This document shows positions 34,190-47,015 of a DNA stretch of 64,000 bases, in pieces (the stretch's first letter is position 1; each line of letters opens with the position of its first letter). Under the pieces are notes generated by a model. The model saw only the letters and a list, made by a program, of their open reading frames with translations, was not told the DNA's origin and made no database searches. The DNA comes from the human T2T-CHM13v2.0 reference genome, Homo sapiens. The translations under genes were made by a program, and so were the position numbers. The stretch is from the NCBI RefSeq assembly GCF_009914755.1, contig NC_060937.1; one strand, given 5' to 3'.

Positions 34190-34768
34190 GGCCTGGCTCG
34201 GTGGCTCGTGCCTATAAACTCAGCCCTTTGGGAGGCTGAGGTAGGAGGATCACTTGAGCCCAGGAGTTCAAGACCAGCCAGGGAAACAAAGGGAGACCCC
34301 ATCCTTACAAAAAATTAGCTGGGTGTGGTGGTGCATGTCTGTGGTCCCAGCTACCCAGGAACATCACTTGAGCCCAGGGAGGTCGAGGCTACAGCGAGCC
34401 GTGATCACACCACTGCACTCCAGCCTGGGTGAGAGTGAGACCCTGTACCCTGTCTCAAAGAAAAAAGCAAATATGAAAACAAATGGAGGCCGGGCATGGT
34501 GGCTCACACCTGTAATCCCAGCGCTTTGGGAGGCTGAGGTGGGAGGATCACCTGGGTCAGGAGTTCAAGACTAGCCTGGCCAACATGGTGAAACCCTGTT
34601 TCTACTAAAAATACAAAAATTAGCCAGGCATGGTGGCAGGAGCCTGCGATCCCAGCTACTACAGGAGGCTGAGGCAGGAGAATCGCTTGAACCTTGGAGG
34701 TGGAGGTTGTAGTGAGCTGACATTGCAACCACTACACTCTAGTTTAAAAAAAAAAAGAAGAAGAAGAA
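34190..34768 (+). mobile_element. Tandem AluJ (about 34190-34470) and AluS (34488-34768)
   Basis: The second Alu is flanked by an AAACAAATGGA TSD. Confidence 0.85.
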
Positions 34769-35116
34769 ACAAATGGAGAAAAAGAAAGTGCAGGGAGCTT
34801 TTTGGGACTGTGGAGCTGAACTAAGCTGTCTTCCATGGATAAGGAAACTGTATCTTAGAAAAGGTCACTTGACTTCCCCAAGGTTTCACGTCTGGCTGGT
34901 GTGTAGAGCACTAAAGGGTATACAGATTTCCTGGCTCTCAGTTCAGGGCCTGTTCCATCAGCAGGTGCCCTTCAATTTCACTCCCTTTTATCCACTTCAG
35001 GCACCCAAAACATGCTAGCATAAAAAAACACAAGAAACAAAAACACACCACATGTACACACCCCTACTTAAATGGACAACAAAAGTCACCGGAAAAAAGG
35101 AAAAAAAGAATGTCTT

Positions 35117-35437
35117 TTTGATTTGTTTTGTTTTGTTTTTGTTTTTGGAGACAGAGTCTCACTCAGTTGCCCAGGCTGGAGTGCAGTGGCGCGATCTCGA
35201 TATCCGCTCACTGCAAGCTCCACCTCCTGGGTTCAGGCCATTCTCCTGCCTCAGCCTCCTGAGTAGCTGGGACTACTGGTGCCGGCCACTACACCCGGCT
35301 AATTTTTTTGTATTTTTAGTAGAGGCAGGGTTTCACTGTGTTAGCCAGGATGGTCTCGATCTCCTGACCTCATCATGATCCACCCGCCTCAGCTTCCCAA
35401 AGTGCTGGGATTACAGGCGTGAGCCACCGCACCTGGC
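35117..35437 (-). mobile_element. AluY-like element
   Basis: CAAGCTCC, GCCATTCTCC and TGTTAGCCAGGATGG diagnostics; AAAAAAAGAAT TSD. Confidence 0.85.
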
Positions 35438-36248
35438 CAAAAAAAAAAAGAATTTCATGTAGCTGACACTTTCCTCTGCCCCTAATAAATCATAGATTCC
35501 TTGCCAATGAGTTCTAAAGGGGCTGTGTCCACTCTGTTTATACAGTTTATACCTAGCAGGAATGTCAGTTTCAGGTACAATTTCTAGAGTAATTTCTAAT
35601 TACTGTAAAATTCACAGTACAGCATAGCAGTTTGGATGGCCAATGTGCTTTGTTTTACTGAATTTTTCTGTGTGTGTTATTAGCAATAGTAGATCAGTCT
35701 GAAAGGGGGAAAGAAATAGTTTGAAGATAGTAGTGGTCCTGTTACAACAAATACAGATTGATTCCTAGCTAGCATATGTTGCTTCAGTCAAAGATGTCTA
35801 AAGCAAGTATAGTTTCCAAGACACACAGGTCAGGAATAGCAGCATGTCCCATGGCAAAGGTGATGCTTTCCAGGTATAGATTTGTCTTTGTGAGAATCCT
35901 TGTAGAATTTTCTATATAAGTTTGTTTTTGTCAATATTGATAAACATGATCTTCAATGTTCAAAGGAGAGTTCAATTTTAGACTAAGAGAAGTACTTCTG
36001 TTGTGTAAATAAGGTTCAAAAATAAGGTTACTGTTCAACTTAGAGAAAATACAAACTTAAAAATAATTCATTTCATTTTTTATTCACTCTGAACTTTTAA
36101 AAAAAGCTGGTTTGTGATTTTCATTTTCAGTAAAACAAATCTCATTACTTTAAAAAAAATGCTTGTATTAGATATTATATATATGAAATATTATACTTTA
36201 CATTCTTATAAAACATTTATAAAGAATGATGATACAACAGATTTGCAT

Positions 36249-36516
36249 ACCTAAGTGTAAGACTTGAACAAAAGACTAAAGACAGGAAATACAGGCCTGG
36301 CTTGGTGACTCATGCCTATAAAGCCAGCACTTTGGGAGGCTGAGGTGGGAGGATCAAATACATCAAAAAAGTAAAATATGTAGTATGTCAAGCAGTGGTA
36401 ACTGCTAATGAAAAAAAGTAAATAAAGTGGGCAAAGGGTGGAATAAAATGTTGGAAAGAGTGACCAGAATTGTAAGTGGTGTGACCAGGGAAGCCTTCCT
36501 TGAGAAGGAGGCTACT
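36249..36516. repeat. Local templated duplication: direct copy of 34145-34252 fused to an inverted copy of 33822-33983
   Basis: Base-by-base comparison by eye; also visible as the shared peptide LLLKEGFPGH..GHSFQH in ORFs 33672..34010(+) and 36388..36666(-). Confidence 0.92.
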
Positions 36517-36947
36517 AGCCTGAAGAGTTTTTAAAAACGTAACCATTAGTTTGGAAGGTCTCTGTGTTACTCCCATTCTGTCACTCATTCTCTCCCTGCA
36601 CAAGGAACTAACATCTTCCCGACTTGTATCTATTATTCTTTGCTTTTCTTTATAATTTTCCCACATTTATATCCCTAAGTGATATACATTTTTGTTTTAC
36701 GCGTTTTTAAACTTGATATACATAGAATTATATTCTGGAATCATCTGTGACTTGGTGATTTTGCTTTGTGTTTGTGAGACTCGTATGTTGCATGGAGGTA
36801 TAATTCATTTATGCTCAGCAATGCAGGATGCTGTGGTGTTGATAAACTAGCCTGCTACTCATGGATAATTGGGTAGTTTCCAGTGTTTTGTGCTGTAATT
36901 CTCACTACTACCCGAAGCATTTTGGTACGTGGGTATATGTGTACTGA

Positions 36948-37307
<360 letters not shown>

Positions 37308-37632
37308 TGAATGAGTTCACTTTGTTCCACATCTTCACTTGGATCTTCTTAATTTTTGCCAGTGTGAATAGTGCCCTCATTGTTGTTTCAATTTGCTTTA
37401 TCCTGATATTAATGAAGTAGAACATCTTTTCTTATTTATTGGCTATTTCTCTTCATCAGCCATTTGGTTTCCACCTCTGAGAAGTACCTCTTATAGCTTT
37501 TTGTGTGTTTCTCTATGACATGGGACTGCAAAAATACATGAATTTAGTATGTGAATGATACAAATTAAGTATATGTCATTTGGCTTTTCAATAAGGCAAG
37601 AGGGTTAGGTGTGGACTTTTATGACTCATTCT

Positions 37633-38577
37633 TGTAGGGCCCAGGCCTTTGGGGCTTAGCGGGTGTTCTCCCGGTGTGCGGAGACGAGAGATTGTAATAA
37701 ATAAAGACACAAGACAAAGAGATAAAGAGAAAGCAGCTGGGCCTGGGGGACCACTGCCATCAAGATGCGGAGACCGGTAGTGGCCCCGAACGGCTGGGCG
37801 CGCTGAGTACAAGACCAGGGGGCAGGGTAAGGAGGGTGAATCTTCTAAGTGATTGACAAGGTGAAGCAAGTCACGTGATCGTAGAACAGGGGGGCCCTTC
37901 CCTCTTAGGTAGCCGAAGCTGAGAGAGAGAAGGCAGCATACGTCAGCGTTTTCTTCTATGCACTTATAAGAAAGATCAAAGACTTTAAGACTTTTACTAT
38001 TTCTTCTACCGCTATCTACTACGAGCTTCAAAGAGGAACCAGGAGTTACGGGAGGAACATGAAAGTGGACAAGGAGCGTGACCGTTGAAGCACAGCATCA
38101 CAGGGAGGGGTTTAGGACTTCGGATGACTGCGGGCAGACTGGGATAATATCCAGCCTCCCACAAGAAGCTGGTGGAGCAGAGTGTTCCCTGACTCCTCCA
38201 AGGAAAAGAGACTCCGTTTCGCGGTCTGCTAAGTAATGGGTGTCTTCGCAGACACTGGCATTACCGCTTGACCAAGGTGCCCTCATGCGGGCGTGACAGA
38301 GGGCTCACCTCTTGCCTTCTAGGTCACTTCTCACAATGTCCCTTCAGCACCTGACCCTATGCCCGCCGGTTATTCCTAGGTTATATTAGTAATGCAACAA
38401 AGAGTAATATTAAAAGCTAATGATTCATAATGTTTATAATGATTGATAATGTCCATGATCATCTCTATATCTAATTTGTATTATGACTATTCTTATTCTA
38501 ACTATTTTCTTTAATATACTGAAACAGTTTGTGCCTTCAGTCTCTTGCCTCGGCACCTAGATAATCTTTCACGCACA
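37633..38577 (-). mobile_element. LTR13/LTR13A (ERVK) solo LTR
   Basis: TG...CA termini, 945 bp, 6-bp TSD CATTCT/CGTTCT typical of ERVK; minus strand starts TGTGCGTGAAAGATTATCTAGGTGCCGAGGCAAGAGACTGAAGGCAC. Confidence 0.88.
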
Positions 38578-38609
38578 CGTTCTGACTATGAGCTATGAAT
38601 GGAAGTGAC

Positions 38610-39056
38610 TGTCAATGACTCTGAAGGTTCTGAGATTTATGCTACTTGCTGGCTGACAAATCAGCCTGCGACATTTCATAGATGCTGATAGAAAACATGA
38701 GACTCCAGGATCAGAGATGAAGGACAGTTTATTACAGCAGCAGCAGTGGTCAGGATACCATTGTCTTTGTACCATTTCCCTGAACCCAGATTCCTCTAGG
38801 GCAATGCAAAGAGACATGATACCTGCACACATAATGGGTTGCATTATAGGAGAGGAGCTCTGAGTTTAGAGAACCTGAGTCTTTTTATACTGTGCAGTAA
38901 TCGCACCTGCCCTTTGATCTGGAGGGAGACACTCTACCAAGGCCATTTACTGTACAAGCATCTTTGAAAAGGTAGTTCAGAGCAAAGAACAATCAGTGTC
39001 TTGCTCACAAGAAGTGGAAAAATGCAAGAGACCTGGGGGTGAATTGTCTCCTGGTA
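38610..39056 (-). mobile_element. LTR47-like solo LTR inserted into an old MLT1 LTR (about 37520-39275)
   Basis: GTGAC/GTGAT 5-bp TSD; MLT1-like GAAGTGA|TGTGTGTCACTT is restored when the insert is removed. Confidence 0.65.
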
Positions 39057-39457
39057 GTGATGTGTGTCACTTTTGGTCAGAGATAGCTAAGAGCAAGTGT
39101 GAGCCCTCTAGTCCCTGCCATGCCCCCCTTGGAGGTTGTGTGTGACGCTGATGCTCCTGTCAGCATGAGTTCCTTCTGAAGAGTGGCAGTGAGCACTGCT
39201 ACTTGCAAGCTGTAGTAGACTGGGATCTCAGTGTTGACTTATTGCTAATGCATAGCCCAGCTTATCCTGATACATAGTCTGGGAACATGAAGGACCACCT
39301 TCTGTTTATAGAACCCCATGTCTGCTTATAGATTTCAGATTTTATAGAGATTCATTAGGTTTATTCTGTCTACTTTCAGTCCTTTCGCTTATAAACTTTC
39401 AATCCAAGCATAAGGTCTTTTTCCTGTTACGCTGTTTGAACTTTGTTTAAAAATTGT

Positions 39458-39553
39458 GGCCAAGCATGGTGGCTCATGCCTGTAATCCCAGCTACTCAGG
39501 AGGATTGCTTGAGCCCAGGAGTTCAAGACCAGCCTGGGCAACTGGGACCCCAT

Positions 39554-39606
<53 letters not shown>

Positions 39607-39616
39607 GGGACCCCAT

Positions 39617-39653
<37 letters not shown>

Positions 39654-39694
39654 TATACACACAGTGGGACCCCATCTCTGCGCGCACACACACA

Positions 39695-39738
<44 letters not shown>

Positions 39739-39897
39739 CGGAGTATGGTGACGCCCACCTATAGACCCAGGTACTCAGAAGGCTAAGGAGTAAAGATGGC
39801 TTGAGCCCAAGAGTTCAAGGCTATAGTGAGGTATGATTACTCCACTTCACTCCAGCCTGGGGAACAGAGTGAGACCCCACCTCAAAAAAATCAAAAA
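39458..39897 (+). mobile_element. AluJ whose central linker has become a compound CA minisatellite
   Basis: Alu left arm, three TGGGACCCCATCTCT(CA)n units, then the Alu right arm. Confidence 0.88.
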
Positions 39898-40121
39898 AGC
39901 GAAGATTTAAAAATTAAAATAAGATTGTTAGCCAGTTTTTTGTTTAATGAAGGAAAAGTTTTCCAAATTAACAGAATGGGACATTCAGATAAAATTTGTG
40001 CCTTTATGACCCAGGAGGATGGCCTGGGTGTACATACAAGTACTCAGGACACCACATTCTCACCTTTGGTATCTATCCGTTTTATTACTCTGCCACTCCC
40101 AAACAGTAATACATAGGATTC

Positions 40122-40567
40122 CGTGTTAGTTTCCTAGGGCTGATGCAACAGATTAGCACAAACCGGGTGGCTTAAAATAACAGAAATGTGTTCCTTCACA
40201 GTTCTGGGAGCCAGGAATCTAAAATCAAGGTGTGGGCAGGGTTGGCGCCTCCCTAGAGGCTCTTAGGGAGGGTCTGTTCTGTGCCTCTCTCCTGGCTTCT
40301 AGTAGCTCCTGGCAGTCGTCGCCTTCCTTGGCTTGTGGCTATGTAATTCCAGGGTCTTCTGCTGCTGTCACATGGCCTTCTTCCCTATGACTGTGTGTGT
40401 TCATTCACATAAATCCAGCACCACCAGTCATCAGATTTAAGGCTCACCCTAATCCAGTGAAACCTCATTTAACTCATTATGTCTGCAAAGACCCTATTTC
40501 CAAATAAGGTCACATTCTGAGGTTCTGAGTAGATATGAATTTTGGGATGACACTATTCAACCCAGTA
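40122..40567. mobile_element. MLT1B/C-like MaLR LTR
   Basis: GTTAGTTTCCTAGGGCTG...GGTGGCTTAAAATAACAGAAAT...CAAATAAGGTCACATTCTGAGGT...ATTCAACCCAGTA. Confidence 0.8.
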
Positions 40568-40964
40568 TGCTATATAGATCTGAAAGCCTACTTGACACAC
40601 ATGTAAAGCTAAAAAGTGACTGAGGCAACTTACCTGAAAATATATTTTACAAACAGAGCATTACTTCTTAGGTCTCATTTGAGTACTACCATTTATTTCC
40701 CTAGTATTTTCATACATCACCTGTATGACTGCAGTTCGTACCCCATACTCAAAAATGCAGGAACACTGATGATGGCTATGCCTAATTTTCAGAAGACAAA
40801 AGTGAGCATAGAAAGGTTAAAATAACTATCCTATGGTAATAACTGGTAGAAACAGGATGCAAAACCAGCCCTCACCAACTTTGAAGTCAGGCTGTTGAAC
40901 ATCAGAGGACCTTGAGAACAAATTGCTTGACTGTGGAATCCAGGGAGCTCTCTGCAGTAACTGC

Positions 40965-41310
40965 TAAGTACAACTGCTCAGGCTGCCATAATGAAACACC
41001 ATTGACCGGGTGGCTTAAACAACAGATGTTTATTTCTCACAGTTCTAGAGCCTGGGAAGTCTAAGTAAGGTGCCAGCAGATTCAGTTCCTGGTGAGGGCC
41101 CTCTTCCTAGGCTGCAGGCAAATGCCTATTCTCCCGTAGCAGAGAGAGAGTGCAAACTCTGATCTTCCTTCCTGTTAAGGGCGCTAATCCCATCATGGGG
41201 CCCCACCCTCATGACCTCCTCTAATGAACTCTGAAAGGCTGCGTCTCCAAATACTGTCACATTGAGGGTTAGGCATTCAGCATATGAATTTGGACGTTCA
41301 GTCCCTAACA
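40965..41310. mobile_element. MLT1A-like MaLR LTR
   Basis: CAGGCTGCCATAA...GGTGGCTTAAACAACAGA...TTCAGCATATGAATTT...TTCAGTCCCTAACA. Confidence 0.8.
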
Positions 41311-44300
41311 TACATTTGGTTGGTAAGCTGCAGATCCCAGAATTTTTCCAGGATATCTGTGCCCATTTCAAATTGCAAATTGTCTGGGTTTTGTTTGTTT
41401 TGTTTGCATGTTTTGGTGAAGCTGTGAGTCTGTGTACATCAGATAGTGTAAGCTCACAAAGAAATCGAAGAGAGCTGGTGTTTTACTTAACCAGAATTCC
41501 TTACTTGAACTGTGCTTCACAATAAGAATAAATATTTTGTTATTAAAGAATGCAGAAGTTACCATTTTATTGCAAATTTTTATTATAATTAGGTTTTAAA
41601 GTACTATAATAAGGCAAACATATCTCAGTGAGACTGACTTTTTTTCCCTTATAAAAACAATGTTTGTATGAAAGAGAAAATAAGCTTAGACTCCATTGAA
41701 CAGCTTCTTCATGGCTGCAGTATTGGCATTCACCCAAGGACTCTTGAGAAACGATCAAATTTTCAGTATCTTTGAAGCTTAGCCAGAGATCTAATGAAAC
41801 CAAATGATGCTAAAGTTCTTAAAGCTAATTTAAATCTCAAATTATACATTTTAAATTAAGTTTTTATTGATAATAAATATACTTTATTTCATATTACCCT
41901 TGAAAGCTTGAGTGATAATATTAGTAGAATAAACATGTTTTACAAAGATTTACCATTAAGAATGCTATTAATATGACCCTTGATACACCAGCACAATTAG
42001 ATTTCAAAGTAAGCACTTATGAAGTAACAGCGATTAATGACAACCATCGAAAACAATTTTGAACTCCATCAGTTTAACTCAGGAGGGTAAACTTAATATG
42101 ATAATTCATCTAGTTGAATTGTATCAGCTTAGCAGGAAGGTATGTAAATATGTGACCCTTACCTAGCTTCTAAATGGATGCTGTGCTGATAGATTTATCA
42201 GTTCCATTAAAGAACTTTGGGGAACTTTGGAGTTTCAGCAATTGTTCCCTTGGAGGCTGAAAACCCAACCTGATCTCATACTGGGACCATTCTGGTCTGC
42301 ATATTTCCATAATTTGCCTTTGCTACTAATATGACAGCAAGACACAAATAACTGTTTCTAATAATATCAGATGGAGTTGTGGAGGACAGCATTTTAATGT
42401 AGTAAAAGACCTCCCCGTGGGGTTGTTATTGCTACTATAGAACAGCAGCTACACAGTTGCAACTGTAGTCTCTTAATTGATTCGTTTAATTAGCAAGAGC
42501 TGAAGCTTGGGCTGTATCTTGTCATCTGATATCATAGGACTCGAAATTTGCATCATTCATATTTATAGATATGTAAACATCATCAAAAAGGTCTTCTGCT
42601 TCTGAAAATTCACTTACAGATATCAAATTTTAATAGAGCAGACTCCCATTTGTTTGAAATTTAACTAATTAAAAAATGAAAAGAATTAAGTTTGTTACTG
42701 TTTTTCTTTATCTGTACTCTTGAGAAATAAGTGATGTCATGCATTTTTGGTTGTGGATCATCTCCTAAACATAAACTTCCAGAGAACTTCTTCAGTCTTC
42801 CGTATCTCATAATTCCATAAGCAGTCCCTCAACTGACATGTCTGACTTAAGTTGATCTCTCCTCTCTGTCCCATCCCTTTCTCTGTGTCAGTGTGATTTC
42901 AGGAATGACATGATGGCTTACTGGGGTTTCTTGCACACGTGTGCTGTAACTTTCCACCTGTCCCTGCCTGCCTTTGCAGCTGCTCCAAGTCCTGCTAGGG
43001 TAGGCTGTCTGCTTGTGCTGTGGTTTGGTGGGTCATCTGGCTGAGTTGGCTCTTGGCAGTTACCTGCCTACCCAAGCTGCATTGGTCCCCACTTTCTCTG
43101 GAGGGGAAAAGAGAAACGGATAGAAAGTATCTGGCATAGAAACCAGAGCCTTTCTAGTCTGTTTACCCTCAACTCCACAGGGCTTCCTCCCTGCTCGGTC
43201 ACACTCTTTGTATTCCTGACCCTTTTCTAGTCCAACAATAGGAAGCAGGTGGCGGTCACAGAGCAGACACTTTGTGGAGGGGTGATGAAGTTTTCTGATG
43301 TTCAGATATATTTTACAGTGCTAAGAAAATCTATAGCATTCCTTCCTGCATTTGCCCCTAAATATACAAAATTTCAGGCAAAATATGGGTAGAATAAGAT
43401 TTTATGAAATGGAATATAAATGTAGTCTTAATCTTGAACATTGTTTCTGTGGTAATGTGTGTTCTGTGTGCCATGTAACCAAGCTAAGAATGAACTTTTG
43501 GAATATAACTACGTTTTTATTCTTTTGAAATTGGCATGCTCTATATAATATAAAAGTTTGGTTATTAGTATTGCAGTGTGATGCATTCTGAACAAAAATT
43601 TAAAAGAAATCATTGCCTGCCTGCTATACTATGTGCTAGGAAGTGGGTTAGTTGAACATGACTTGGTCCCTACCCTTAAGTAGCACACTGGCTGGTGAAG
43701 ACAGACAAACTGATACCATGCAAACATGGTATCAGTGCTGAGATGGGTAATGCATAGGCTCATATAGTAGCAGAGCGAATTGTAGATCTGTTAGCTTTAT
43801 TATTTGTTTCTTTTATTGATAAACAGTACAGTCCATAGGGCGTAGGTCTCTGGTTAAGAATTTGCATTTTATTTGTCAAGTACACCTCAATAAACACAGG
43901 GAAAAGAAGAACTGTATTTCATATCTTATTAGACATTACTTTTTGAAAATGAGCACAAAACCTAGCATTTAATGGTAGTCATGAGAGTCAGTCAGTCATC
44001 TTACACTGGTGACAGACACTGAATTCTGGCAATTCAAAGGAAACAAATATCCCTGCAGTCATTGGGCCCATTGTCACCTAGGGATAGAGAAATGTAAATG
44101 ACTGATTACCGTGATAAGAACGCTAACAGAGGTGTATACGAAGTAGAGGGATTCTGGGGCTGAGGTGAAGAAAGTGGAGAAATTGTGAACAGTTTTTCAG
44201 TGTTTATAGCTCATGCTGTGACTTTAAGGATGAATTGAGTTTGCAGGAGAAGGCATTTCAGATAGAGGGAACAGTGAGCCTGGAGATAGCAGGTTGTAGA

Positions 44301-46821
44301 AACTGCACTCTGTACTGATGATGGAGAAAGAGGACGGAATGAAATTAATAAAGGCGCAGAGGTATTAAGATGTCCCAAGTGTTTAAGGAAGAGCAGATTG
44401 GCTTATGAGGGTGATGGGCAGGGCAACAAAGATCCCTTTGGAAGATGAAATTAGTCTGTTGGGGGCAAGATGACACAAGACCATTCCAAGGAGGTTGGGT
44501 GGCATTCCCTAGATTCTGAGGTTCATTGAAGGAGTTGAAAGAAGAATCATAATCTCATCAGAGGTGGTTGGTTTTATTGGTGTGGTTTTTTTTTTTTTTT
44601 TTTTGACAACATATGGGAGTAGGCAAAGAAAGAAGAGGGTACATTTGAGAGCCACTTCTTTAGAATCCAGTGTACAATTCTATGTATTGGGCAGAATTGA
44701 AGATAATTCTGAGATTTCTAGAGGTGATAACTGATGCAGTTAGGGAGGAAAAACAGGAAGAAGAGAAGAATTGTACCAGAGAAAAGGTGGACTCTATTAA
44801 AAAGATGGATTTAACCAATTTAAGTTTGAAATGCCAAGAGACATCTATGATATAAGGGAAATTTCTGGTCTGGAGAGCAAGAAGAAGATTAAGAGTGAGC
44901 ACGTAAGTTGATGCCCCAGCAGAGGTGAGGTCCTAAGCCATGCAGTAGATGAACCTGCCAAAGGGACAATGGCAAAGCAGAGGCCAGGCCCAGAATGGAG
45001 CTCCAGGAAATGCCCACAGCTAAGGTGGAGGCTTGTCCTCTCTAATGGAGTCACTTACAAAATGATGACATGTTTATTATTGAAATCATTTATATATACT
45101 ATTAGAAGCCAGTTCATTGTAACCTCAGTTATGATTTCACAGTATCCTAGGGTATCACTAAGTTATTTCAAAGTATCTCAGGATCTGTTGCCACCTGCCA
45201 AAGATCTTCAAAGTAAAATTAATATTTATAAATAATGCCTTACGCGTGTATGGTGCTTTAGGGCTTTAGAATGATTCTACATATGTCAGCTTACTTGATT
45301 CCATTCAATTGCTAAGATGAATAAGCCATAGCACACCTTAGAGTGAGTGGTAAAAATTAGACATGGAATACTTCTTGCAGTGTTTTCCATTTAAAATATT
45401 TGAGATTACAAGTTATGTGTTCACAGGAAATTACCACGAACCACTGCCAGATTGCTAGTGAACAGGATCGGGCAGGGGTGGGGGAGGAATAAGTAGAGTT
45501 TGTCTTCCTGCATTTGAATCGCAGATCACCTGTCTCTTAGCTTTGTGAATTTGAACAGGTTGCCTAACCTCCCTGGTCCTCAATTTTTTCATCAACAGAA
45601 TAGATATTATCTGCTTTTATGGAGATGGCAAGGGCTGAAAAAGAAAACGTTTGTAAAATGCCTGAAAATAGCAGGCACTTGGCAAAGAATAGCTCGGTTT
45701 TTATTGTAGCTCCCCACTCTCCCTTTGCTTCATTTTCCCTTTCATTTGTCTTGCTTGGAGACATGCTATCATCTGAAGTGATAGTCTCCACCGAGTCTTC
45801 AATTTGGTGCTTGGCCTACAGAAAAATCCAGAGGGAAAATATTGTTCCCTTTTATTTGAAAAACCAAATTTGTGTTAATCCCCTGGTTATGACCCCTTAA
45901 CATAGTTAATGTTTTGTAAGTGAATATGGAATAGAAAGCACATACTTAAATGTGTACCTTGTGGTGGCAGGGTGCTTAAAAACATCTGTTTCCTTGAAGA
46001 ATCTTGCGAATCACCAACACCAAACTTGACCAGGGAAGAATTTGGTGCCTTGTGTTTAAACTGTGCTGCTTAAAATATATTCAGATGGAAAGAATGGCAA
46101 AACCATTCTGATATAGGACATTTTATGACAGTGCCTATGAGATGTTCTTTCTTCTACTGGCCTCACTTTTAAAGGGATATCATTTTAGGTAGGCTGTTTC
46201 AGGGCACTGTCATATGTTACTGTGGACTATCGATCTCTTGTACCTATGAATTATTTGATTGTCACTCTTTAATTTATAGTGAGAAGGAAGTGGGAATGGC
46301 AGCTCTTCTCTTATAGAAGAAAAATCTGAGTCAGTGGTTCTCAAGTTTTATCATGCCTGAGGATGACCAGGAAATCCTGGTGAAAATACAGATTCCCAGA
46401 TCTGTTCCTAGAAAAGCTGACCCCCCATGTCTGATGTCGAAATCGGCTTAAAATGCACCAGGACTAGAATTTGCAATATATTTTGAACATTAATGTAGAA
46501 TTACTATCTAGTTTGGAAAGTCAATACCAAAAGACACATGATATTCCTGGCCCCATGAGCCAAGCTTAGGAGCAGTGTTCTGGATCCTTTTCAGAATGAG
46601 AAGATAGGACAAACGTTTGATTATTTGTGCTAATTAACATGTACTTTCATAATACATACTTTTTTAAAATCAGGGAGTGACATGATAGGATCTAAAGTAT
46701 AATTAGGTCCATAGTGTCATCAACTGTATCTTTTAAGTTTACTTATCATCTGTATAATTCTTTAGATTCAGTCTGAGTTATTTCAAGTCTTATAGACAGT
46801 GATAATTTTTATTTTTGCCCT

Positions 46822-47015
46822 AGAGCAGGGCAGTGTTATCTGTTTGGGCAGTATTAACATTTTGGACAATTCTCTGTTGTGGGAGACTGCCCTATGCGTA
46901 ATAGGATGTTTAGCAGCATCCTTGGCGTCCACCAACTAGATGTCAGAACATGTCTCCAGATATAACAACTAAAATTGTCTCCAAATATTGCCAAATGGCT
47001 GCACACAGCTTGGTT
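46822..47015. mobile_element. MER20-like hAT MITE
   Basis: GGACAATTCTCTGTTGTGGGAGACTGCCCT...AGGATGTTTAGCAGCATCC...AAATTGTCTCCAAATATTGCCAAATG. Confidence 0.7.

Noticed and set aside
39389-39751. CV/HT repeat ORFs, and a CRISPR-like look of a constant repeat separated by spacers
   Set aside because: The constant part is Alu sequence and the spacers are (CA)n. This is a eukaryotic minisatellite with no cas genes.
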